Assembly (NCBI RefSeq): GCF_018977255.1 | Contig: NW_024704742.1 | Coordinates: forward strand, 86,120,001-86,184,000 | Direction: 5' to 3' | Length of the DNA stretch: 64,000 bases | Origin: Callorhinchus milii | Lineage: Eukaryota | Shown here: piece after piece, positions 49,199-60,432 of the stretch | Layout: the number at the start of each line of letters is the position of its first letter | Position numbering within the stretch: the first letter of the stretch is position 1 | Position numbers and translations under genes: made by a program | The notes under the pieces: model-generated | Databases searched by the model: none | What the model saw: only the letters and a program-made list of their open reading frames with translations | Told to the model about the DNA's origin: nothing

Positions 49199-51384
49199 CA
49201 CACTCAAGATGCTAAAGGGTATAGATAAACTGCAATCTAATCATACATTTAATACGGTCAAAAATTTCAAAAAATCACAGAATTATTCTCAGAAGAGGGA
49301 AGGTTTACAGACAGTTCAGATTGTATCAGTCAATTCAAGATGGAATTTAACAGCTACTTGGTGAGGAAATTGATCGAGGGGAATAAGACCCTGAGTTCAT
49401 GTCAGATTTTTATTTGTTTTGGATTCAGTCAGATGTTTTTTTTTCCCAGACCTGAAATAGCTCTCATGGAACCTGGTATTCAACAGAGAGTTTTGAAATG
49501 AATTACCAACATTAGAATGATGCTGTTCCCTTCATCCATCTTGAATTCTGTTTCTAATTTTCACTAAAAAAACTAAAGAATTAGCTTTGAATGTTTTAAA
49601 ACTATCGAATTTAATGAAGTAAAGGTTAATATTTGTAAAAAAAAGAAGGTGCAGCCACCCTTCTTATAAGTATAATAAGTCCCACTGAGCTCCATGTTTG
49701 TCTGTGATGTTGCACTCCGCAGTAATTACTTACCGGCAATTCTTACTAAACAACAATTTGCACTCATATAGTAACTGTTCCCGTAGGAAAACATCTCAAA
49801 CCTCTTTACAAAGACAAAATGGGCACTCAATCGGGGTGGGAGGAGGGAAGGAGTAGAAGGAAGATAGTTGAAGGTGTAGTCGAAGACAAAGCTCTATAGA
49901 TGAAAGGGTGAAGGGAACAGCATCATTGCAATCTTGGTCATTCATTTCAATACTTTCTATTGAACACCAAGTTCCGTGAGAGCTGTTTGCTTCTTCCATT
50001 AAACACACAAGTGAAAGTTGCTTGTTACGATACGTTTGTCTACATTCAAAAAAAGTATCAAATTTTGTGGCTACTCAATGTGATATCTACACCTAAATTA
50101 TTCATCAAAATAAATTGATTGCATTTCTAATGTCAGTGGAGAATCTAGCGGAACTTACTTTTCTCAAAAAGGTTTTAAAAATTGAGGAATACCATTCTAA
50201 AAATAAATTATGCTCTTTGGGAACAGAAATGATGCCTCAGGCATAGAGATGGCCAGATGCTGTGCTTATTATAAAAGAGGCATTGGGATAGCTCTGGGAG
50301 GCTGGGGAGCCCAATACTTACACAATACTATGAAGAATCAGTGTAGCTTCATGGGAGAGATGTGCCTGCCAAAATCATTGAAGGTTTATGAATGAATGAT
50401 AGCTTTCATAAATGAGACAACTCTAGAGAGACTTTTCACACAGCTACTTGAATTTACCGTATGTTGCACCTTTCACATGAAAGAAATGTCTCAAAGAAAT
50501 TTATAAGATTGATCAGAAAATGAAAAGAATATTGTTATGGAGCGTTTCGCCCACAAATATGCAGTCAATTCAGTTTACAGGATATTCTGTGCAGTGCTTT
50601 GAGACTTCTAGAAGACATGAAAAGCGCTATATCAAATGCAAGGATTATTATTATTATTAAAATGGGCCATTTCTTCTTCCCTCCCCATTCGATAAATGGT
50701 AAGCCTTGAAAAATTGTTCTACAAGCAGATGTTTCTGCGCCATCAAAACATCTGCATCGAAAGTGCCCCAACAGTGATTCAAACATTAAGTTACAAATGT
50801 TGAGCCACTTGGACCCAAAACTTTGATAAGGAATAAACCCATTTTCTAATTCACCGTAACACCAGCAATTTCCTACAAGCAACAATAGCAACTTACATTT
50901 ATATAGCGCCCTTAGATAGAGTACTAAAAACATTTAGATGAGTAGCTGATGAAATCAGGGAGTGAATTTGGATGAGGAAGGAGTATAATAATCACTCTTG
51001 CACGTGAGACGTCTCAAAGCGTTTCACAGGATTTTATTGTAAAGTGCAGTGACTGTGTCTTTGTTGGCAAAAGCCCCAAATTAATGGCATAATTAAAAAT
51101 AAAATGACCCAGAAGTAATCAATAAGTAAACAGTGCTGTGTAGGAAACTGCACCACAAGATTGAAAGGTATAGAATAGACTAGAGTGGGGTTAACTTCTA
51201 AAGTGGATCCAAAATTAGTTAATTCAGAGAATCAAAGAGCAGTTTGTGCCAATGGCAGCTGCATGGATTGGAAAGAGTTCAATAGCAGATTCTCGGTAGT
51301 CAATATTGAGGCTACTGTGGTGCAAATGAATAATTTTGACATGCAGATAGAAACAACATTGACTAAGGTCCCTTGTGCAAAATG

Positions 51385-51730
51385 AGAGCACTCGTCTCGC
51401 AAGCTTGCCTGAGTTTGATTCCTGACAGGGTGAAACGTTGGACAAGTTTCCGTACTCCACACGTTCCTCTTTACCTAGCAGTAAGTAGGAACACGATTGT
51501 TAGCTGATTGGCGCTTTTCTGCAGGTAATAATGCCTTCAAAAATAATAATAATAATAATAATTTGGTCACTCAATCCATGACTGTCTGTGGGACACTGCT
51601 GTGCGCAAATGGCTGCTGTATTTCGCCCACAAAATATACAGTTAATTCACTTTACAGTATATTATGTGAAGCGCTTTGAGACATCTCAAAGACATGATAA
51701 GACGCTATATTAAATACAAGGATTATTATT
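51385..51730 (+). mobile_element. tRNA-derived SINE, long subfamily, slightly 5'-truncated
   Basis: 'gagcactcg..tttacctagcagtaagtagg..' Deu segment and tail. Confidence 0.85.
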
Positions 51731-51819
51731 AATGTTATAATTATAATTAGAAGAGATTGTAAATTACAGGGAACTATCAGAACAATTCAGAGGGATGGCT
51801 TTATGTAGTTTGCAGGTGT

Positions 51820-52297
51820 CATTTTAATGTGAGCACATGTATAGTGATGAGACCAGGTGGAGGAATAAGCATTGGGAATATATGCTGAACAGTAAAATCT
51901 TACAGGTTACAACCCAGAAGAAGCATCTGGAAACACTGGTAGATAGAACAACAAAAACAGAAGTACAGCTTGTACAGCAAATAAACAGGTTTTTGGAGGT
52001 GTATAATTGGAGCAATGGAGTAAGAGTATTGGCTCCAACTGAAGTAGAGTTCTGTACTATTGTAGGGACATCCTAAGTATTTGAGAGGATAACAGATTTA
52101 TAGATAGGGTTAGGTACCTGAGCTGTGAGAAGAGACTTTAGAAACTGGTAACGTTTATGCTGGAGACAAGAAGATTAAAGGATGATCTTATTGATGTTTC
52201 AGAGTCCTGAACGATATAGATAGATGGACAACAGAAGTATGTTCAGATAATCAACAGATCATGATGTTCAGCTCAGAAGGAGAAATGTAAAAATACA
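51820..52297 (+). mobile_element. Old CR1 C-terminal relic
   Basis: YMLNSKIL..KHLETLVD; 'ctggagacaagaagattaaaggatgatctta' (LE.RRL..DL). Confidence 0.6.
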
Positions 52298-53692
52298 TTC
52301 CGCTCGACTCCACCATCGGTGACCGCACTTTCAGCCACTATGTCCTGATACTCTGGAACACTCTTTCTTTATCCCTCTGCCTCGTCCCTTCCTTCCCCAT
52401 CTTCGCCCCTGAAGAACTTCCTCTTCGACCCTGTCGAATCCCTCATAGCATCTGCCCATAGCACGGAAACCCTCATAGAATTTGCCCATAGCATGGAAAC
52501 CGCCCTGGTCAAGGTCACTAACGACATCTTGACCATCTGCAACCAGGGCTCCCTCTGCCTCCTCGTCCTCCTCGACCTATCGGCCGCATTCGATACGGTC
52601 GACCACTCTATCCTCCTCCACCACATGTCCTCCCATCTCAACCTTCAAGGCCCTGTCCTTGAGTGGTTTAGATCCTACCTCTCCCACCATCTTCATTTTG
52701 TCTCTGCAAACGTTTTTTCCTCCAGCTCCCGCACTGTCTCGTGCGGTGTCCCTCAGGGCTGCGTCCTTGGTCCCCTCCTCTTCACGCTCTATATGCTCCC
52801 CCTTGGTGACATCAACTACAGACATGGGGTTAACTTCCACATGTATGCGGATGACACCCAACTCTACCTTTCCTCTTCTACCCTCAACTCCACAACTACC
52901 GATGTCCTGACAGCCTGCCTGTCCGACATCGAGTCCTGGACGAAAGACAACTTTCTTCAGCTCAATGTGCGCAAAACTGAGGCCCTCCTGATTGGCTCAC
53001 GTCAGCGCCTCCGCACCTCAGGCGCTGACAGCATCAGCATCCAAGGCTGCACTCTCCACCACTCAAAGCCGGTCAGGAACCTCGGGGTTCTGTTCAACCC
53101 TGAGCTGTCCTTTATTCCCCACATCCGCGCCACAACTGGCACCGCCTTCCACCACCTCCGGAACATTGCCAGACTACGGCACTACCTCACCCCTCACGCT
53201 GCTGAAACACTGGTCCACGCCTTTATCACCTCAACGCTGGACTACGGGAACTCTCTTCTCGTCGGTCTTCCCGGCATCTCCCTCCTCTGGCTCCGGTCTG
53301 CTCCACATCCCCCGCCCTAACCGCCCTACCTTCAGTGGCCGGGCTTTCAGCCTCTCAGCCCCTAGGCTCTGGAACTTCATCCCCCAGTGCCTTCGCCTTG
53401 CTTCCTCCCTTTCTCCCTCTCAAGACCTTTCTCTTCAACCGTGCCTTCAGCTCCACTCTCGACTCTCTAGCCCCTCCTCGCTCCCTCTCCTTACCCTGAC
53501 CATTTTCCCCCTGCTCGGGTCCCGACCCAACTGTCCAGCGACGTAAAAGGCGCTCTATAACTTCAATCTTGTTGTTATTGTTGTTGTTGTCTACAGTCAC
53601 CTCTCCCCGGCTCAGTGTTGTGCTCCACCACTGTCAAGTGCACTGGGACTCTACCTTGTACGAGGGCCGCTATATAAATGCAAGTTGTTGTT
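52298..53692 (+). mobile_element. Tail-B L2 3' end split into 52298-52435 and 53590-53692 by a younger L2
   Basis: Left ends 'ctcttcgaccctgtc'; right resumes 'tacagtcacc..gctatataaatgcaagttgttgtt'. Confidence 0.7.
52441..53589 (+). mobile_element. Young 5'-truncated L2 with open 275-aa partial RT frame (52493-53320)
   Basis: Uninterrupted METALVKVTND..DLSAAFDTVDH..GVPQGCVLGPLLF..YADD..VRNLGV..LDYGNSLL; internal deletion near 53283; (TTG)n tail. Confidence 0.94.
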
Positions 53693-53904
53693 ACATGAAA
53701 CTACCTTCTGCAGAGGGTGGTGAATATATGGAACAGTTGTCAGGGTTGCAGTGGAGTTGAATAGTGCTGACCATTTCAAAAGAAAATCATACAGATAATG
53801 GTAGGAGTGGAGAGTTGGGTGTTATAGGACTGGCAAGGAAAAAACACATTTGTCATTTCTTATCTTGTGCTTTCTTGTATTCTTACGTAGAGCATATCTC
53901 GCCC

Positions 53905-54975
53905 TCTATGGACAAGGCGGAAGCCGTCCTCATTGGCTCCCATCAGTGTCTTATCACCTGTGGTTCTGAACTCAACCTTCCCTGCCTAATTCTCAGACAC
54001 ACCGAACCTGTACACAACCTTAGCTTCAGGTTCAATCCCCAGTTATCCTTCCTACCCCCTTTCCTCCACTCCTCCAAATTGCCTGCCTTTTGCTACCTCC
54101 CACCTTGATTTTTCCAAAGCATTCCGCTCGTCTCCCCAGCTCCACTAATAACAATAATGATACAAAACTCTGCCGCCTGTGTCCTCACCCATACCAGGCT
54201 CCGTACCCTTTTCACCCCAATTCTTGCCAGGCTCCACTCACCTTTAAGGCCTCCATAGCCTTGCTCCCTCCTACCTCTCTGACCTGCTGACTCCCTACCA
54301 ACCTGCCCGCTCCCTCCGTTCGTCAGGCTCCGGCCTGCTCCGTGTCTCCCGCCCGACCCACCCTAGCATCGGTGGCTGGGCTTTCAGCCTCTTTGGCCCC
54401 ACACTCTGGAACTCCATCTCATGGTCCCTTCGCTTTGCTTCCTCCCTTGCCTCCTTCAGGGCCGGTCTCAAGACCCTTCTCTTCAACTGTGCCTTTGGTC
54501 TCCCTCCCACCTTCCCTAATCCCTACACCACCCCTCTCCCATGCTTGGGCCCTGGCACCTGTCTGTTCAACGCTTTGGGACGTCCTCCCAACATGAAAGG
54601 CGCTCTATAAATGTAATTTTGTTGTTGTTGACTCCCTGTTGCAGAATGGATCGATTTCAAGATCCTCACTCTCCCTTTCAAATTACTTTGTGCCTTGGCA
54701 TCTCCCTACCTCTACGATCTATTCACGTGCCTCGTCTTCTCCGCTCCACCATGGGCAGGCATACTTTCAGTCACAATGCCCCAAATATCTGGAATTCCCT
54801 GCCTTCATCCCTCAATCTTGCCTTTTTTGTGCCCTCCCTCTTCAAACCACATCTGAAAACTTTCCTCTATGATCAAGGCTTCGGTCATCTTCTACCCTCT
54901 TTCTAACTTGGAGTGTTAAGCGCATCAAAACGCTGCCCACATGAAGTGAGAGGTATAAATGCCAGATGTTGTTGC
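53905..54975 (+). mobile_element. Composite of L2 fragments (tail A ends at about 54630; older tail ends at about 54975)
   Basis: KAEAVLIGSHQ..HNL..FNPQLSF, 'actctggaactccatc', canonical tail at 54570-54630. Confidence 0.82.
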
Positions 54976-55394
54976 TTAATGAAAGCATTATTGATATAAA
55001 GCACTTGATGACAACACAGCACTCACGTATGCAAAGCAATGATTACAGAACTTTTTAACCAAATTGCTTTTTGCAGATGGTGCATCTCACGACTACATGT
55101 CTATCCATCCTGCTTATCTCAAAGATGGCATTTCTGTGCCTGAAAAATGTAGCAGTGATTACAGGTGGCAGCAATTTATAGCAGTGAGATTCCTGGGAAC
55201 TGAGAAATGCACAATACTGAGTAAGATATTCAAATCAATCACTTTTCTTAAAATTTAATCACAAGTACCAAAAACGCCAACAAAATACCTCAGTCAGGTT
55301 ATAAATAGCTTCCCATGCTCATACTTACAGAGCAATTGGTGAGAATTATATTTTAATTTGTACCTCTTCCATTATCATTGGAAGAGGTACATTT

Positions 55395-55603
55395 GGTAGC
55401 ACTATCGCCTATGAGCCTTTGAATTCATAGTCTAGGCTGATACTGTAGTGCAGAGCTGGGGATGTGCTGCATTATCAGAGGTGCCGTCCTTTGGAAGAGA
55501 TGTTAAACTAGGGTCCTGGCTGCCTGTTCAGGTGGATCAAGAGAAACGAGTTTCTCCAGATATCTTGGTCAATAATCCCCCAAAATAAAATTGATCATTC
55601 ATT
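55395..55603 (+). mobile_element. Deu-domain SINE 5' part, 3'-truncated
   Basis: 'tggtagcactatcgcc..tctaggctgatactgtagtgcag..gaggtgccgtcctttgg..gcctgttcaggtggat'. Confidence 0.75.
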
Positions 55604-56169
55604 TGCACCTGGCAACTGAGTTTATCGGACATTGACACACACACATGTGTTTATGTGTGTGTGTACTGCTGTACGGTGGTTTGTACAAAGTGCACTGGTT
55701 CATTGGCTCAGCTTTCCAGAGATGAATAACACAGGAATTAACACCGATGGTGTGATTTAGACCTTTATTCTTGTTAATTTATGTGTAAGTAAACATCTTT
55801 CATTCCAACTGCTCTTAACCTGATCCTAATTGAAGTTTGGGTACAGTTTTAACAATGTCTCTCATGCCTGGCAAAGTATATTTCTTCTTTAACCACAATT
55901 GTAATATGATGTATGACTGAAACTGAGAAGAATCATTCTCAATATACTGGGCTAATAGCACAACGTCTGTATTACTATGGAAGTGTGTAGATCACATTCA
56001 CACAAGGTCGCAATGTGTTCCACTTGTCACTTGTGAGTAAAAGCAGTCGCTCAGTGTGACTGTAACATGAATAGCAGGAAGACTACCGAGTTCTTCTACT
56101 GAGCTGCACCTGGCAACTGAGAACTTCAGAATGCAGCAAAACCTCACAGGAAGAGAGAGAATGGGAGAG

Positions 56170-56390
56170 AGTCACGTCATCACATAGTAACTTTTATTGA
56201 AATCAGACTGAGTTGTCTGAGTCAAAAATCACTCTTAAGGGTAAATGACTCCACCAAGAGCGATTACTGTTTTCGAATCTTTAGACTGACGTGGAAAAAG
56301 TGGCAGTTCCCATTCTCGTCACGACTAGAGACTCGAGTGACTGTGAGATCTCCAGCTGTTCACTGTCAGTCAGTACAGTACGTCACATTA
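56170..56390. promoter_or_regulatory. Candidate signal-responsive enhancer (CRE/AP-1/NFAT cluster)
   Basis: TCACGTCA 56172, TGAGTCA 56218, TGACGTGGAAAA 56287, TCGTCACGA 56316, TACGTCA 56379, in non-repeat DNA. Confidence 0.4.
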
Positions 56391-57185
56391 ATTTCTGCGA
56401 TCTTTGTCAGAGCTTCAGGGGAAGAAGAGGCTCCAGGCAGGTGGTCACAAGGCATTGCCAGTTCCTGAAGATTTCCTATTAGAGATAGCCTCTCTTCACT
56501 TGTAGGTTCTTTGTGTGGACGTATAATGATGAAAAGCTATCCCAGAGATTTTTTCTGCATTTCAATCATATTGTGACCCAAATGCCTTTTTGACCCCATT
56601 GTGCATATTTGTATCTTAATATTATTAGGACTTTCACAGTCCAGTGGCCATTCAGCCCTATTTAGATCCCCTACTCTTTCTGCCATAGCCTTTTATATTT
56701 TTATTTTTCAATTGTTTGTCTAATTTTGCAAAAACACACTTGTCACTTTACAGTTAAATACTATGAAGCACTTTGTGACATTCTCCTGACATGAAAGACA
56801 ATATACTAAATGTAAAGATTTGTATTGTTACAATTCCCTTTTAAATGCTATAGTGAATTCTGCTTCAATTGTTTGTTGAGCCATTCCATGTCCCACTAAC
56901 AGTTCATGTAAATACAATGTCTCCTAATCCCTCCTTTTATTGTTTTGATCATCACCTTCAATTTATGCTTTCCGGGTACTGATTCACCGACCAGTTGAAA
57001 TAGTTTCATCCTATTTATCTTATCAAAATCGCTACTTTTGAACAACAAAATCAGTCAAAACCTAGTATTTATCCTAGTGATATAATGGATTATATTAGTC
57101 GCTTTGCAATCAGGTTTCTTAAGTAGATTTATTAATAAATTCAGTTTGAAAATTGCTGCTCTCTGTTGCATTTTGAGGGACCAGA

Positions 57186-57380
57186 TTTTTTTTGTGATCA
57201 GCAAAGTATCTAACCCATTCCAGAAACCCATCACCAATGCTTATAGTATTTAAGTAGACTGAGAATTCCACTTTTGCATGTTAACTACACATGCAAATTT
57301 CCCTATAACTGGAATGGAAAGTGCACTCTCTCCCTGGAGGGACCTACCCTGCTTATCTAATTCCGGAAAGTATTAGGCAT
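57186..57380 (-). repeat. Family D copy (decayed)
   Basis: 'gaaacccatcacc..actgagaattcca..ggaatggaaagtgcactctctccctggagggac..ttccggaaagtattagg'. Confidence 0.78.
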
Positions 57381-57639
57381 TATATAGTATTAAGTAACAG
57401 ATTGCTGCAAATAGGGTAACAGTTAGCCATTTGCCTTGAGGCATTATAGTAAGAACATAAGAAAGCATACAACTTTGCTCATGAAGTTTGCTCCTTCCAC
57501 TTCATCTTGCCTGCTCTATCTACTCATTTTTGTCTCTGTAAATTTCCACTTTTCTTGACAAATATACCACTTTTTTATGCAAAGGAAATTGAATGAAAAC
57601 TTCAGACTGCCTTCTCTTCCCCATATTCCTATGGGTTAG

Positions 57640-58230
57640 CTAAATTGGGACTTTTCCCACCGGAGTAAGAGGAGATTGAGAGGAGATATGGTGGAGGTGC
57701 TTGAAAATCTATTTCTTTTGGTTACGGAATTGGTGACAAGGAGATTGTTAGCAGCAAAACTAGGGGGAGAGGTTGGGAGGAATTTCTTCTCAGAGGGTCG
57801 TTAGGGTTCAGAATTCATTACTGCTTGTGGCTGAATCAATAGAATCATTCAAAATAATCTGCATGTGTCCCTGAGCAGTAAATACATTTAGGGATATGGG
57901 GAGAGAGAACTGGGAAGTGAGATTAATTTAAAACAACAACAACTTGCACTTATATAGCACCCTCCATGCAGAGTAGCATCTCAGAGCTCTTAACAGTGGC
58001 GGAGCCTGACTCCGAGCTGGGTGGGTTGGGGGTAGGTGACCGTAAGCACGGTTGAAAATGAAGGTTTTCAGGCGGGACTTGAAAAAGGGCAGAGAGAGGG
58101 CAAAGCGGAGGGATTGAGGGAGAGTTTTAATTTAAAAACGGCCTATTTAGAAAAACAGGTAATGGTGGTGCAGACACAGTGGGCTGAATGACCCCTCTCT
58201 GTGCAGAATACTGTATTTCTACGATCTATG
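57640..58230 (+). mobile_element. CR1 3' fragment interrupted by an L2 tip
   Basis: 'aggagattgagaggagatatg' (RRLRGDM), 'ttcttctcagagggtcgttagg', 3' UTR 'gggctgaatgacccctctctgtgc..ttctacgatctatg'. Confidence 0.75.
57934..58126 (-). mobile_element. L2 tail-B 3' end with 11-bp target-site duplication
   Basis: TTAATTTAAAA at 57923-57933 and 58127-58137. Confidence 0.85.
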
Positions 58231-59426
58231 TTTCCATTTGCAGTCTGCATCTTTCATAATATCCTTCCTAGCTCTCCTGCATTGAAGTTAATGCAGGATC
58301 AGCAGTTTTTGTTGGGAATCTGTTCAACATATTTGATGCTCTGGTGGAAAGAACAACAACCACAGATTGCATTTATATTGCATCTTTCACGTCAGGAGGA
58401 CGTCCCAAGGCTAATGAAGGGTCCTCCAGCTTAGGGTTTGGAGTCAGGAGGGGTGTAGGGCAAGGGGGCTAGCGATGGGAGGATGATCGGAGAAACAGAA
58501 ACATCTTTGTCAAGTGTAAAAAGGGAACATTACACGTAACAGGGAGATAGTTCATTTACAAGATTACTGAGCTATGGATAAAGACATTACTCTAAAACCT
58601 ACTTCTTCCACTTTGTGATAAATGGTTTGCAGTGGAAGGTCAGACTCAAATAAGTGCATTTTATTCATTTTTAAATTTCTTCTTTTGAAACAATGCCGTG
58701 ATTTGAAGAAGGAAACAAAACATTATCTGGTAGTGCTCTTAGCAATTTAAGAATCAAACCTGTTGCTTGAAAAGCTCCTTTAATTCCAGTGGGTCTCATC
58801 AAGATACGCATACACTGAGTACGAAATCTGACAAACCTTGATTCAATTTGTAAAGCAATGCTTTTAGGAGGTCAGGCCCGATATCACAATTGACACCTTG
58901 TGAGAGCTCCACATCCCTCAAATATTGGCTTTTTAGTGGAGAATCTGTATGATTACTGATAGTTTGGTGCATTTCTGACAAAACCTGTAACCACTGAAAT
59001 ACTGCAGCTGGAAAGAACATAAAAATACAGGGTGAAGAAAAGGCTGTCTTGCCCCTTGGCCCATGTTTCAGGTCCTGTTCCAAGGTCTGATCTGATCTTT
59101 TTTCATTTATCTAACTATCAGTTCCTCAACTCTCAATTTACTGATCCAATTCTTTTGTGAATATTTCCATTGACTCTGTAAATGCTACTCCCGGTGACAG
59201 CCTATTCCTTTGAAGGACTTATAGCCATGGGTAAACAAAGCATGCTGTGTAATATGTTTAACTATGTATAACATAGGTGCACAGAGGGAATTACAGGCCC
59301 CGTAAGCATGCAATTAACAACCAGTAAAAAGGATTTATTATCTGGAATTAACAACCATTTTTGTTCATCGCAATTCACCTCCAGTTCCCTCTGGACATAC
59401 ATGCAGCGTCCTTTGTTTATGCATGA

Positions 59427-59580
59427 GGCTTAAAATTCCACTTGGTCTCAGCCTACAAGATCATATTGCTTCAAAATTTAAGATTGCCCAGAACTGAGGA
59501 ATATTCTTCAATTTAGTCGTAATGAGCTAGCTTCCAAATTAAGAATTTTGCATAATTCTGTGCGATCTAAAATTTATGAC
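59427..59580. mobile_element. Family F fold-back MITE-like copy, right arm cut off
   Basis: 'aaatttaagattgcccagaactgaggaatattctt' / 'aagaattttgcataattctgtgcgatctaaaattt'. Confidence 0.65.
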
Positions 59581-59835
59581 AATAATAATAATAATAACGG
59601 CAGTGCACCACAAACAGTCGTGGATTGAGTGCCCAAATTATTATTATTTTTTAAGTGATTAATCCCCCCGGAAAAGTGATCTGCCAATTGCTGAACAACT
59701 GGGTTCCTACTTACTACTAGGTAAACAGAGGCATATGGAGTAAAGATCTTATCTAAGGTTTCGCCCTGCACAGGAATCGAACCCAGGTCCTCTCGTTCAC
59801 TTGCAAGGCTGTAACCAATATGCTACAGGACTCCA
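59581..59835 (-). mobile_element. Long-subfamily SINE lacking its L2-derived tail
   Basis: Head 'tggagtcctgtagc' at 59835; Deu segment joined almost directly to (TTA)n. Confidence 0.82.
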
Positions 59836-60412
59836 CAAATTTATTCTATGTATTCTATGTACACAAATCTATATTGAAGGGCATTGAGAGAGAAAAAACC
59901 TGATTTTGATCCATCAACATGAAATTCAGGAATTAAAAAAGCATGTTTCATAAAAAAGATTGTCTTCAGGCTGCAACTAAATGGATTTGCAAGTCTGTAG
60001 TTTCTGCTTGTTGCATAATGGATCCCACTAGTGTAAATGTGAAGTCATCTGATAAATGAGGCTTAGCTCCTTCCAATATTGTTTCTCTCAATCCTTTGCA
60101 TAAAATTCTTCCATTACATTCAAACAGCATTCGATCATCTTTGCTGCCTTTCAAAAACTTCTGTATAATTTTGAGTAAGTATAGTGACAACAACTGAGCA
60201 GAAATAGTGATTTAGCAGTTAATGAACAATAAATCATACTGCACTATCTTTTTTAGAAATGTAAAAAACATGAGAATAACTTTTTTTTATAGCTCCTATT
60301 ATGTCTGAATGTCTCAATGGGCTTTATGCAACACTCAGGTACAGTAACTTTATTTGTAGACAAAACTTGTCACTCTTTTTTCACACAGCAATGACATGAA
60401 TGACTAATTATC

Positions 60413-60432
60413 GGGGGGGGGGGGGGGGGGGG
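60413..60432 (+). repeat. Poly(G)20 run inside a decayed Deu-SINE
   Basis: Direct count of G residues. Confidence 0.9.

Noticed and set aside
50255..50285. TATA box 'tataaaag'
   Set aside because: No CpG island, downstream exon or other promoter evidence.
52493..53320. Functional stand-alone reverse transcriptase gene (retron-, DGR- or defence-like)
   Set aside because: 5'-truncated L2 ORF2 lacking the endonuclease and N-terminal RT motifs, with an L2 3' tail; many decayed paralogues in the window.
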